Source: Bacteroidales bacterium | Lineage (GTDB): Bacteria; Bacteroidota; Bacteroidia; Bacteroidales; WCHB1-69 | Direction of reading: 5' to 3' | Length of the DNA: 64,000 nucleotides | Assembly (NCBI GenBank): GCA_016285085.1 | Contig: JAEEQA010000002.1 | Span: 21,390 to 85,389, forward strand | Part shown: positions 10,780 through 19,476 of the stretch, piece by piece | How positions within the stretch are numbered: position 1 is the stretch's first letter | Layout: every line of letters starts with the position of its first letter | Notes under the pieces: model-generated | The model's input: the letters and a program-made list of their open reading frames with translations, nothing else | Told to the model about the DNA's origin: nothing | Databases searched by the model: none | Translations under genes and position numbers: made by a program

Positions 10780-11334
10780 TTACCATTCGTCGGTTTTTTC
10801 GGCGGCGGGCTGCATGCCGTCCACCAGGGAGGAGATGAGGGCCTGGATCTGTTCGTCCACCTCCTGGAGGTTGATGAAACATTCGGGATCCCATTTTTTA
10901 TCCTCGGGATTGAGCCACCGTTCAATGGGGGCTGCAGCTGTCGCTTTTTCATTGAAATCGGTGATGGTATAGCGGTAGCGGCCGTCGCGGCACTGGAGTT
11001 TAAAATTGTAATAGACCACGTTCTTTGTCAGTTTGGAACCGTCTTTCTGGTGGGAATAGATTCGGACGGAGGAGCGGAAATCGATGACGTGGTTGGTAGC
11101 GTCGTTGTTTTTGATGACTTCGGCGGTGTTCTTGTAGAACGACTTGGCCCATTTCAAGGCGCGTTCATACAGCTCCTGTGCGGAGCCGTTTTCTTGTATA
11201 ACCTCCTTGTACGTAATAAGTTGTGTTTCATCATCAATGGGCATGTCCGGCGCAACGGGAGCGGTGCCTTTTTTCTGTGAAAAGCCTGTCATTGCTACGG
11301 CGAGCAACATAACGAACAAAAAAATCCTTTTCAT
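10780..11334 (-). CDS. DUF4468-like secreted protein
   Basis: Start taken at MKRIFLFVMLLAVAMTGFSQ (ATG 11334), preceded by a TAnnTTTG box. The upstream track extension translates the promoter. Domain call from general resemblance (YERALKWAKSFY..., RYRYTITDF). Confidence 0.55.
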   Translation of the reverse strand: MKRIFLFVMLLAVAMTGFSQKKGTAPVAPDMPIDDETQLITYKEVIQENGSAQELYERALKWAKSFYKNTAEVIKNNDATNHVIDFRSSVRIYSHQKDGSKLTKNVVYYNFKLQCRDGRYRYTITDFNEKATAAAPIERWLNPEDKKWDPECFINLQEVDEQIQALISSLVDGMQPAAEKTDEW

Positions 11335-11357
11335 AACAATTGGGTTTAATGGAGCGG

Positions 11358-11365
11358 CAAAGATA
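11358..11365 (-). promoter_or_regulatory. -7 box TATCTTTG (DUF4468 gene)
   Basis: TAnnTTTGCCGC, 24 nt before ATG 11334. Confidence 0.55.
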
Positions 11366-11404
11366 CAACTTTTCTTCAAAAGGTTTTTCTAATATTCGAT
11401 ACAA

Positions 11405-11444
11405 CTACCCCGCGCTTCGCGCACCCCTTCTTGGCAAGAAGGGG
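11405..11444. repeat. double-hairpin REP-like element
   Basis: CTACCCCGCGCTTCGCGCACCCCTTCTTGGCAAGAAGGGG. Confidence 0.8.
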
Positions 11445-11449
11445 AAGAA

Positions 11450-11482
11450 AAAAAGCCGCCCTTGGACGGAGCGGCTTTTTTT
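11450..11482. terminator. bidirectional rho-independent terminator candidate
   Basis: AAAAAGCCGC-ccttggacgga-GCGGCTTTTTTT, directly downstream of the 11499 T9SS gene. Confidence 0.65.
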
Positions 11483-11498
11483 ATGGTGATTTTAAAAA

Positions 11499-12860
11499 TT
11501 AGCGGACGATGCTCACTTTAGCGGTGGAAACTTCGTTGCCATTGACCACGCGGACGATGTAGAGACCGGCGTTGAGGTTGCTGACATTGAGGGTTTCGTT
11601 GGCTTCAGCGTTTTCGACGGACATCACTTCCTGACCGGCGATGTTGTACACAGAGATCTGTGAACCAGCAGCATTCTCCACATTGATGGTAGTGCTTGCC
11701 GGGTTCGGGGAAACCGTCAAAGTGTTTGTATTCTCGGAAATGCTAACATCATTAGCGTTGGTAACCGTGATGCAATAAGTGTCGTTATTTACATCATTAT
11801 CAATGCAGGTGTAGTTGGAAGCCATTGTATAAGTGATGTGCATGCAGAGTTCAAACGGGAAGTCATAACCCATTCCCTGAAGTTCTTCCCAAGAAGTATA
11901 ATCGGGATCGTCATTACCCGGGAAAGTGAACAAAGCGATGGGCTGCCATGAATAAATGTAACCAGCCAACATAGAATCCATAGCGCTGATGGTATCAGCC
12001 TGGAGGAAATAAGCGGGTTCAGTAGCGGTCGGGCAATCAATGTAAATATCCGTCATAAGATCGCCATAAAACATATCAATACCGTCATTGCTCACGCCAA
12101 ATCTGCAATAGAATGCATCCTGAAGGTCGGGCTTGACAGCCATAGAAGTGATACGAACAGCGCCATCTTCTTCCGGATCCAAGAAAGTGGGAACCAGGTC
12201 GCACTTATTCACATAGGGCTGACCATCGTTGTAGTACACAGCCAAGGAGAAAGGCATCGGGTCATACTCTTCAGTATCGGCATCACCGAAAATATAACTT
12301 GCGATGACATCGGGATCTGCAGCTGCAAATCTTGCAAAATTGTGTGAATGTTTAGCTGAGTCGGGGGTACCCAAACCGATGTAAGAAGTACCATCCATCA
12401 CAATACCGATACAAAGAGACTCGCCAGCCACAACGGTGTAGGGAGTGGTGAAAGGAACTTGTTGAGCATCCGTTTCCATGGGAGCAGTGTATCCCTGTGA
12501 GAAAATGAGTTCACCCGGAGTCAAATGATGCTGGTCATCAACGGAGGGGTTACGATACAGATTAATCGTGTATTCCGTATTGGTGCAGCTAACAGACTGG
12601 TTGTACACATGAATAAAATAGACTTTTTCCAAGACCGAGCCAGCAGGAATTTCATCGGCATCAATCACCAAATAATAAGCATCTTCGGCAGAGGTCTGAC
12701 GAAAACCTGATTCCCAAGAGAAAGAACCATACCAGTCGGAACGATCAATGCTGGAAATATTTCCAACATAGTGTTCATGGTCAATGGGAGAAATTCTTTG
12801 CTGTGCAAAGCCCATTACTACAAATGCAGCAAGCATCAAGAAAGTAAACAGTTTTTTCAT
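11499..12860 (-). CDS. secreted protein with T9SS C-terminal sorting domain
   Basis: 453 aa. Signal peptide MKKLFTFLMLAAFVVMGFAQ. C-terminus LTVSPNPASTTINVENAAGSQISVYNIAGQEV...LNAGLYIVRVVNGNEVSTAKVSIVR is a typical Por_Secre_tail. Confidence 0.8.
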   Translation of the reverse strand: MKKLFTFLMLAAFVVMGFAQQRISPIDHEHYVGNISSIDRSDWYGSFSWESGFRQTSAEDAYYLVIDADEIPAGSVLEKVYFIHVYNQSVSCTNTEYTINLYRNPSVDDQHHLTPGELIFSQGYTAPMETDAQQVPFTTPYTVVAGESLCIGIVMDGTSYIGLGTPDSAKHSHNFARFAAADPDVIASYIFGDADTEEYDPMPFSLAVYYNDGQPYVNKCDLVPTFLDPEEDGAVRITSMAVKPDLQDAFYCRFGVSNDGIDMFYGDLMTDIYIDCPTATEPAYFLQADTISAMDSMLAGYIYSWQPIALFTFPGNDDPDYTSWEELQGMGYDFPFELCMHITYTMASNYTCIDNDVNNDTYCITVTNANDVSISENTNTLTVSPNPASTTINVENAAGSQISVYNIAGQEVMSVENAEANETLNVSNLNAGLYIVRVVNGNEVSTAKVSIVR

Positions 12861-12897
12861 AATTATTTATTTTAGGTTAGACATAAAATTTCCGCTG

Positions 12898-12905
12898 CAA
12901 AGATA
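12898..12905 (-). promoter_or_regulatory. -7 box TATCTTTG (T9SS protein 11499-12860)
   Basis: TAnnTTTGCAGC, 38 nt before ATG 12860. Confidence 0.5.
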
Positions 12906-12971
12906 CACTTTTTTTCGCAAAGAACGGAAAATGCGAGAAAATTAATGTTTTTTAGGAAATGAAACTGTGTG

Positions 12972-14660
12972 CTATATGATTCTATCCACCTCCCGGTAGA
13001 GGGCTTCGATGTCGTTGTTGTTTTGGAGAACCACATCGGCCCGGGCGATGCAGGCGGAAAGATTCTGCTTGTTCGGGTCGGTGGAGGTCATTTCGCGCCG
13101 CTCGTTCGCCAGAAATGTTTCAAAGGTGACATGGTCGGTCTCGGAATTGCGCAGCACGGCCCGACGGTACCGAATCTCGGGATCCGCATCCACGGCCCAA
13201 AGCCGGAAGTTGCCTTTGGCTTGCAGGGAGTCAATTTCGCCAGGCGTACGGATGCTTTCAATCACCGCGTCGTAGGTCTGCTGCGCCGCACGCTCGTACA
13301 GACAGTCGGTGACGTACGAAGGCGAGTGGGCCGCACGCAACTCATTGGCCACTTGTGTGAAAGAGTCACGATTCGGCTCCATGCCACGGCGCAACACCTC
13401 CTCTTTCAGGAAATCACGGACAGAAAAATGGACAAAGCCATACTTTTCCTTCAGGTACTCCACCACTGTCCCCTTCCCTGCCCCAAGCGTGCCGGTAATG
13501 CCGATAATGCGGATTTTACGACTTGATGAAATCGCATCCTTCAGATTATCAACAATATACTTCTGCATTTCATTCGTCATTTCGGTATGCATGGGAAGCG
13601 AAAGAACCGTGTGGGAGAGCTTTTCGGCCACCGGAAAATCACCCGCCTTGCAGCCGAACTTGGCAAACGCCTTCTGTTCGTGAATCGGAACGGGATAATA
13701 GACCATTGACGGGACACCTGCCGCCTTGAGCTTTTCTTGAACCTGATTCCGGTCAATGTTTTCATCCAAACAGAGCGTGAACTGGTGGTAAACGTGCGTG
13801 GTAAACGAAGCTACAGAAGGCACGGTGATGCCCGCACAACCGGAAAGAAGCCGACCGTATGTGTCCGCCGCTTTTTGTCGGGCGGAAGTGTAACTATCCA
13901 AGTACTTGAGTTTTACATTTAAGATGGCCGCTTGGATGCTGTCTAAGCGCGAGTTCACCCCGACCAAATCGTGGTGGTACTTCACAAAAGAGCCATGGTT
14001 GGCAATACCGCGCAGCTTGGTGGCAATTTCGTCATCGTTGGTGAAGATGGCGCCGCCGTCGCCGTAGCAACCGAGGTTCTTGGAGGGAAAGAAGGAGGTG
14101 CAGCCGATGGTGCCGATGGTGCCGGCTTTTCGGCGCGAACCGTCATGGAACGTCACCTCCGCGCCAATGGCCTGGCACGCATCCTCAATGACAAAAAGTC
14201 CGTGGCGTTCAGCAATTTCCATAATCCGCTCCATATCGGCGCACTGACCAAACAGGTGGACGGGCACGATGGCTTTCGTGCGGGGCGTGATGGCCGCCTC
14301 GATTTTGTCCACATCTATGTTATAGGTGTCGGGGCGGACATCCACAAAGACGGGGGTGAGTCCAAGCAACGCCACCACTTCCACTGTGGCGATGAAGGTG
14401 AACGGGGTTGTGATGACCTCGTCACCGGGCTGGAGACCGAGGGCCATCATCGAGATCTGCAGGGCGTCGGTGCCGTTGCCACAGGTGACGACGTGCCGGC
14501 AGCCCATATATTCCGCCAGGTTCTGTTGGAATTCTTTGACAATCGGTCCGTTTATAAACGCTGTTGAATCAATGACTTTTGAAATCTCGTTATCAATTTC
14601 TTCTTTAATTTTCCGGTATTGGCCTTTGAGGTCCACCATTGAAATCGTCGGGTTTTCCAT
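12972..14660 (-). CDS. fusion protein: DegT/DnrJ/EryC1/StrS-family sugar aminotransferase (N) + P-loop nucleotide/NMP-kinase-like domain (C)
   Basis: 562 aa. Residues 1-~370 are DegT-like (MVDLKGQYRKIKEEID..., TGTDALQISMMALG, FFPSKNLGCYGDGGAIFTND). Residues ~375-562 carry Walker A GITGTLGAGKGT and an NMP-kinase-like layout. Confidence 0.8.
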   Translation of the reverse strand: MENPTISMVDLKGQYRKIKEEIDNEISKVIDSTAFINGPIVKEFQQNLAEYMGCRHVVTCGNGTDALQISMMALGLQPGDEVITTPFTFIATVEVVALLGLTPVFVDVRPDTYNIDVDKIEAAITPRTKAIVPVHLFGQCADMERIMEIAERHGLFVIEDACQAIGAEVTFHDGSRRKAGTIGTIGCTSFFPSKNLGCYGDGGAIFTNDDEIATKLRGIANHGSFVKYHHDLVGVNSRLDSIQAAILNVKLKYLDSYTSARQKAADTYGRLLSGCAGITVPSVASFTTHVYHQFTLCLDENIDRNQVQEKLKAAGVPSMVYYPVPIHEQKAFAKFGCKAGDFPVAEKLSHTVLSLPMHTEMTNEMQKYIVDNLKDAISSSRKIRIIGITGTLGAGKGTVVEYLKEKYGFVHFSVRDFLKEEVLRRGMEPNRDSFTQVANELRAAHSPSYVTDCLYERAAQQTYDAVIESIRTPGEIDSLQAKGNFRLWAVDADPEIRYRRAVLRNSETDHVTFETFLANERREMTSTDPNKQNLSACIARADVVLQNNNDIEALYREVDRII

Positions 14661-14673
14661 TTCTTTAAATTTG

Positions 14674-14730
14674 GCGGCAAAAATACCATAAAATCAGTTA
14701 TAAAGTTGCAGGTTCATCAAGTTCATCAAG
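14674..14730 (-). repeat. left copy of a 56-bp inverted repeat (promoter/leader module of the degT-kinase fusion gene)
   Basis: GCGGCAAAAATACCATAAAATCAGTTATAAAGTTGCAGGTTCATCAAGTTCATCAAG. Its reverse complement matches 19476-19531 with 2 mismatches by hand alignment. Confidence 0.85.
14678..14685 (-). promoter_or_regulatory. -7 box TATTTTTG (degT-kinase fusion)
   Basis: TAnnTTTGCCGCC, 18 nt before ATG 14660. Confidence 0.55.
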
Positions 14731-14772
14731 TAAAAGGTAAATGGTAGAAAGTAGGGAGTTAAAAGGTGAAAA
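14731..14772 (+). repeat. degenerate heptad array (TAAAAGG TAAATGG TAGAAAG TAGGGAG TTAAAAG GTGAAAA)
   Basis: 7-nt periodicity read directly. Preceded by a 2x GTTCATCAA 9-mer. Confidence 0.7.
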
Positions 14773-14790
14773 GAGTTTGAAAGTTTGTTG

Positions 14791-14798
14791 TAACTTTG
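14791..14798 (+). promoter_or_regulatory. -7 box TAACTTTG (pfkB-ispE operon)
   Basis: TAnnTTTGCGGCC, 22 nt before ATG 14820. Confidence 0.55.
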
Positions 14799-14819
14799 CG
14801 GCCTCAAATTTCACAAATC

Positions 14820-15797
14820 ATGAAAAGAGTTTTAGGCGTAGGAAACGCATTGGTGGACGTGATTGTCAATCTTCCCGATGAGGCTTTGTTTCAGGAATTT
14901 TCCTTGCCGAAAGGCGGAATGGAAATGATTGATGTCGAGCGGAAAAGAAAGCTTCACGCGGCCATTTCAAGCATGAAACAGAAGCTGGCTTCGGGCGGCT
15001 CCACCTCCAACACCATCCACGGACTGGCCCGTTTGGGCGCACCGACCGGTTACATCGGAAAGGTGGGAAACGACGAAATGGGTGATTTTTTTGAAGCCGA
15101 CATGAAAAAAAGCGGCATCCATCCCCACCTCATCCACACCTCGGAAACGGACACGGGCATTGCCACCACGCTGATGACGCAGGATGCGGAACGCACTTTC
15201 GCAACCTACCTCGGCGCGGCAGCCTCTATGTCACCGGAAGAAATTGACAATGAGATATTTAAAAATTACGACTGCATCCATGTGGAGGGTTATCTGATTT
15301 TCAACCACGATCTTATTCTGGAGATCTGCAAAAAAGCCAAAGCCAACGGCCTGAAAATCTCGATGGACATGGCTTCCTTCAATTTGGTGAAAGACCACCA
15401 CGATTTTGTGGAAATGCTTCTGAAAGAATACGTTGACATCCTGTTTGCGAACGAAGAAGAAGCGGCAGCGTTCACCGGCAAAAGCGGCGAAGAGTCGTTA
15501 GACATCCTTTCCCAATACTGTGAAACGTGCGTGGTGAAACTCGGGAAACACGGCTCGGTGGCGAACATCAACGGACAGAAAGCCCGCATCGGGACGAGCG
15601 GCGTGAAGGCTCTCGACACCAACGGAGCGGGCGATGCCTACGCTTCCGGATTCCTCTATGGCCTTATCAATCAGTACACTCCGGAAAAAACGCTCCGTTT
15701 GGCTTCCCGCATCGCGGACGAAATCATCGTGACTGCCGGTGCCAAACTTTCGGACGAACAATGGGCGAAAATCCGCAACGAAAAAGAACTGTTTTGA
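14820..15797 (+). CDS. PfkB-family carbohydrate/adenosine kinase
   Basis: Start at MKRVLGVGNALVDV (ATG 14820; the track starts at an upstream TTG). PfkB motifs GGSTSNT and DTNGAGDAYASGFLYG. Confidence 0.8.
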   Translation: MKRVLGVGNALVDVIVNLPDEALFQEFSLPKGGMEMIDVERKRKLHAAISSMKQKLASGGSTSNTIHGLARLGAPTGYIGKVGNDEMGDFFEADMKKSGIHPHLIHTSETDTGIATTLMTQDAERTFATYLGAAASMSPEEIDNEIFKNYDCIHVEGYLIFNHDLILEICKKAKANGLKISMDMASFNLVKDHHDFVEMLLKEYVDILFANEEEAAAFTGKSGEESLDILSQYCETCVVKLGKHGSVANINGQKARIGTSGVKALDTNGAGDAYASGFLYGLINQYTPEKTLRLASRIADEIIVTAGAKLSDEQWAKIRNEKELF

Positions 15798-16588
15798 CCG
15801 GAAAATCCAATTTCAAAATCAATCTGGGACTGTACGTCACCGAAAAGCGTCCTGACGGCTTCCACAATTTGGAAACGGTCTTCTATCCTGTTGACAATCT
15901 GTGCGATACTATTGAGATAGAACCTGCCGACGAAGTCACCTTCGAGATGGTGGGCGGGGATTTTACGACAGACCCAGAAAAGAACCTGTGTGTCAAGGCG
16001 TTCCGGATATTACAGAAAACATATCTTCTCCCTGGCGCTTCCATTCGATTGGACAAAAAAATTCCGTCAGGTGCTGGCCTCGGCGGGGGATCAGCGGATG
16101 CGGCGACGGTGCTGAAATTGACGAACGAACTTTTCAACTTACAGATTTCCAATAGTTTGATGAAAGAGTACGCCGCCTCACTCGGCAGCGACTGCGCCTT
16201 TTTCATTGACAACGTTCCATCCTACGCCACCGGTAAAGGGGAGCTATTGACCCCCATCAATGTAAATCTGGCGGGCAAGGTGATTTCCGTTTTCAAGCCG
16301 AAAGTGTCGGTTTCCACCGCCGAAGCTTACGCGCACGTCACTCCCCTACCCGGCCGACCGAACCTCCGAGATTTGACAAAAGAGCCGATTGAACGATGGA
16401 AATATTTGATTGTCAATGATTTTGAAAAATCAGTATTTCAGAAATTTCCTGTTTTAGCCGATATTAAAAACAAGTATTACGCGTTAGGCGCAGACTACGC
16501 TTCTATGTCAGGCAGCGGATCAGCACTGTTCGCCATTGCCGACAAACCCATCCAACTTTGTCCCTATTTTTCTGGTATTGATTTATAA
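15761..16588 (+). CDS. ispE: 4-diphosphocytidyl-2-C-methyl-D-erythritol kinase
   Basis: KINLGLYVTEKRPDGFHNLETVF and the GHMP motif PSGAGLGGGSADAA. The start is uncertain: ATG 15761 (37-nt overlap with the upstream gene) or TTG 15794 (4-nt overlap). The longer track ORF (15527) is an out-of-frame read through the pfkB gene. Confidence 0.85.
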   Translation: MGENPQRKRTVLTGKSNFKINLGLYVTEKRPDGFHNLETVFYPVDNLCDTIEIEPADEVTFEMVGGDFTTDPEKNLCVKAFRILQKTYLLPGASIRLDKKIPSGAGLGGGSADAATVLKLTNELFNLQISNSLMKEYAASLGSDCAFFIDNVPSYATGKGELLTPINVNLAGKVISVFKPKVSVSTAEAYAHVTPLPGRPNLRDLTKEPIERWKYLIVNDFEKSVFQKFPVLADIKNKYYALGADYASMSGSGSALFAIADKPIQLCPYFSGIDL

Positions 16589-16606
16589 ATGAGATAATTA
16601 ACCGAA

Positions 16607-17923
16607 ATGTCCCCTACCCTATCCGAGCAAAATATCAACGTTTCCATCATCGGCACCGGCAATGTCGCTTCGTGGCTTGTTTTCGCCCTGAACCGAGCGG
16701 GCATTTCCATTCGGCAAATCTATGGGAGAAATCTTCAAAAGTGCCAAAATTTGGCAGCTTCCTGCGGTGCCGAAGCCATCAATGACTTATCGGAAATCAA
16801 AGAAAACAGCGACTTATATCTATTTTCCCTGAAAGATGATGCCTACAAAACGGTGATTTCGTCGGTACCTTTCCGTCTGCCGATGGCGGCCATCACCGCC
16901 GGGTCGGTATCGCAGGAGGTCCTCTCCCCTATCGCCGACCGTTTCGGGGTGTTTTATCCTTACCAAACTTTGACGCAAGGTATTGATTTTAAAGATATTG
17001 AAGTTCCTCTCTGCATAGAAGGCAACACGGACGAAGCCGCTCGCTTCCTTTTTGACATTGCTCAAAAAATAAGTAGCAACGTACAGTATATCAATGAACA
17101 GCAGCGGAAAAGACTGCACCTGGCCGCGGTTTTCGCCTCCAACTTCAGCAATGCAATGTACGGCATCGGATTTGACCTTTTGGAACAGGAAGGCATTCAA
17201 CCCAAAATGCTGCTGCCACTGCTTCACAACACGCTTGACAAGCTACAGACGCTGCACCCATGGCAGTCGCAGACGGGTCCTGCGCGCCGAGGCGACACCG
17301 AGGTGATGAAAAGTCACATCCATTTACTGAAAAACACTGAGTTACAAAATATCTACCGACTACTTTCGCAGTACATCCAGAAAAAAACAAACCTCAGCAA
17401 TATGGAGCAATACAAAGATAAGTTACAGAAAATCACGACATTCATTTTTGATTTTGACGGCGTTTTGTCCGACGGAAAAGTCCTGGTCCTGCCCGACGGT
17501 GACCAGCTGCGTTCAACCAACGTCAAGGACGGGTACGCCATCCAATACGCTCTGCGAAAGGGATATAACGTGGCCATCATCTCTGGCGGCTACTCCGAAA
17601 CGATGCGCCTGCGGTACAATAGCTTCCCGAACATCGACATTTATCTGAAGGTGCCTGACAAAGTGGCGAAACTGAAAGAGTATATGGCGGAAAAGTCGCT
17701 GACATCGGAGCAGTTACTGATCATGGGAGACGACATTCCCGACATCAAAATGATGCAGATGGCCGCGTTAAAATGCGCTCCGGCCGATGCTGCGGAAGAA
17801 GTAAAAGCCATTTCCGACTATGTTTCGTTCCAAAACGGCGGCAACGGAGCCGTCCGCGACGTCATTGAGCAGACCATCAAGGCACAAAACCGCTGGATGG
17901 AAGACGACGCCTGCTTGTGGTAA
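16607..17923 (+). CDS. fusion protein: DUF2520/Rossmann-like oxidoreductase domain (N) + KdsC-type HAD phosphatase (C)
   Basis: 438 aa. N-terminal part has IIGTGNVASW and QTGPARRGD. C-terminal part has FIFDFDGVLSDG...KDGYAIQYAL...GDDIPD, matching 3-deoxy-D-manno-octulosonate-8-phosphate phosphatase. Confidence 0.75.
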   Translation: MSPTLSEQNINVSIIGTGNVASWLVFALNRAGISIRQIYGRNLQKCQNLAASCGAEAINDLSEIKENSDLYLFSLKDDAYKTVISSVPFRLPMAAITAGSVSQEVLSPIADRFGVFYPYQTLTQGIDFKDIEVPLCIEGNTDEAARFLFDIAQKISSNVQYINEQQRKRLHLAAVFASNFSNAMYGIGFDLLEQEGIQPKMLLPLLHNTLDKLQTLHPWQSQTGPARRGDTEVMKSHIHLLKNTELQNIYRLLSQYIQKKTNLSNMEQYKDKLQKITTFIFDFDGVLSDGKVLVLPDGDQLRSTNVKDGYAIQYALRKGYNVAIISGGYSETMRLRYNSFPNIDIYLKVPDKVAKLKEYMAEKSLTSEQLLIMGDDIPDIKMMQMAALKCAPADAAEEVKAISDYVSFQNGGNGAVRDVIEQTIKAQNRWMEDDACLW

Positions 17924-17925
17924 CG

Positions 17926-18468
17926 CTAAAACGGCGTGACAAATTCCCGCAGGGTCGGACCAATTTTATCCTTGTCAGAAAGAATCGGGTTCTCTATCCC
18001 CCACTCCACATGGATGTCGGGATCGTTGTAAACAATATTTCCCTCCGACTCTTTATGATAGAAATCGGAACATTTGTAGGCAAAAATCGTGTTGTCCTCC
18101 AAAACGGAAAAACCATGTGCAAATCCTTTTGGGACAAATAGTTGATGGTGATTTTCACCTGTCAACACAGCTGAAACATACTGGCCGTAGGTCGGACTTC
18201 CCGCACGCAAATCCACGGCCACATCCAGAACGGCGCCCTGGATCACGCTCACCAATTTGGCCTGCGTGAACGGCGGCTTCTGGAAATGGAGGCCCCGCAC
18301 CACATTCTTCTGCGAAAATGACTGGTTGTCCTGTACAAACGTTTCGCAAACGCCTGCGGCACGGTATCGCTCTTCATTGTAAGTTTCGAAAAACCAGCCT
18401 CTTGCATCGCCAAAAATCTGAGGCTCAATCAATAAAACGCCTTCAATGGGTAATTTTGTGACTTTCAT
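17926..18468 (-). CDS. rfbC: dTDP-4-dehydrorhamnose 3,5-epimerase
   Basis: 180 aa. GVLLIEPQIFGDARGWFFETY, RGLHFQ, KLVSVIQGAVLDVAVDLR, FVPKGFAHGF. Confidence 0.92.
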   Translation of the reverse strand: MKVTKLPIEGVLLIEPQIFGDARGWFFETYNEERYRAAGVCETFVQDNQSFSQKNVVRGLHFQKPPFTQAKLVSVIQGAVLDVAVDLRAGSPTYGQYVSAVLTGENHHQLFVPKGFAHGFSVLEDNTIFAYKCSDFYHKESEGNIVYNDPDIHVEWGIENPILSDKDKIGPTLREFVTPF

Positions 18469-18490
18469 AATTTATTTGGTTCTGTTTGTC

Positions 18491-18518
18491 GTGGAGACGC
18501 GATGAATCGCGTCTCCAC
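18491..18518. repeat. palindromic element variant (GTGGAGACGC), likely also a terminator hairpin
   Basis: GTGGAGACGCGATGAATCGCGTCTCCAC, a 13-bp stem between the radical SAM gene and rfbC. Confidence 0.85.
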
Positions 18519-18525
18519 AATTGCA

Positions 18526-19299
18526 TTATTCATACACACGTGCCTCAATGCCGAGGGCACGGACTTGGTCGGCAATCTTTTCCAACTCGGCTTTGTAAAC
18601 TTTAACTAACTGTTTGGCAGGTGTTTCACGATCAAGGGAATAGAGAACCACCCGCTTCGGTCGGAGCTCACCCACAATCTTGAGCCAGGCCGAAACATTC
18701 TCCTCGGAGGTGTTGTCGAACGGCACATCTTCAATGATGCCCTTCAGGAACATCGACTGCATGATGAACTTGCCGTGAAAATGGCGCAGTCCCTCCACCG
18801 TCTGTTCCATCGTGATCGGAATGGTGGGCCGGTTGATGAGCTGGTACAGTTCCGGAAGCCCGGCGTCCAACTTCAGCATCGGATTTTCAATTTTCAACAG
18901 GGCATCACGAACCGCATCGTTCTGCAACTGAGTGGCATTTGACAAACAGGTAATGACCGAATCGGAATAGTATTTATCACGAATAACCAACAGTCCATCA
19001 ATAATTTCCGGAAATTGAGGATGCAAAGTGGGTTCGCCGTTCCCGGAAAAGGTGATGCTGTCGATGTGCGTGTTTTCCGCCTTGCATTTTTGCAACTTCG
19101 CTTCAATGGCCTGCAAGATGATATCAGCAGGTGCAAAATTCTTTGCATCAATATCTTTCCGCAACGTCCAGCCACATTCGCAGTAAATGCAGTCAAACGA
19201 GCAGATTTTCACATCGGTAGGGGAAACATTGATTCCCAAGGAGCTGCCCAAACGGCGGCTGTGAATTGGTCCGAAAGCGATGGATTCCCAGAGGAACAT
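18526..19299 (-). CDS. radical SAM protein
   Basis: 257 aa. CX3CX2C cluster motif CSFDCIYCEC near the N-terminus, and GNGEPTLHP. Confidence 0.75.
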   Translation of the reverse strand: MFLWESIAFGPIHSRRLGSSLGINVSPTDVKICSFDCIYCECGWTLRKDIDAKNFAPADIILQAIEAKLQKCKAENTHIDSITFSGNGEPTLHPQFPEIIDGLLVIRDKYYSDSVITCLSNATQLQNDAVRDALLKIENPMLKLDAGLPELYQLINRPTIPITMEQTVEGLRHFHGKFIMQSMFLKGIIEDVPFDNTSEENVSAWLKIVGELRPKRVVLYSLDRETPAKQLVKVYKAELEKIADQVRALGIEARVYE

Positions 19300-19300
19300 A

Positions 19301-19335
19301 GGTTATAGGTTATAGGGGATAGGGGATAGTAATTA
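19301..19335 (+). repeat. heptad array GGTTATA GGTTATA GGGGATA GGGGATA GTAATTA
   Basis: Begins 1 nt from the start codon (19299) of the minus-strand radical SAM gene. Confidence 0.85.
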
Positions 19336-19464
19336 GATTTTCAAACGAAGCCGCCTCTTGTTTATTGTTTGTTTTTTCAATCTTTTCAACCTTCTGCATT
19401 ATACCTTTTACCTTACATTTTCTTTGATTGAACGAACGATCGTGCTAATGCTGAGAGCACGGTT

Positions 19465-19476
19465 GTGCGTCTCTAC
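19465..19476. repeat. half copy of the palindromic element (right arm only)
   Basis: TGTGCGTCTCTAC with no matching left arm. Confidence 0.6.

Noticed and set aside
9911-10894. Long N-terminal extensions of track ORFs (9911-10894, 10780-11379, 14796, 15527-16588, 26024-26608, 27423, 34254-35579, 53270, 56798-57400, 57113).
   Set aside because: The track takes the most upstream ATG/GTG/TTG. The extensions overlap the preceding gene or translate the promoter (recurrent CIFAA peptide from TAnnTTTGCCGCC). Internal starts give proper signal peptides or conserved N-termini just downstream of a -7 box.
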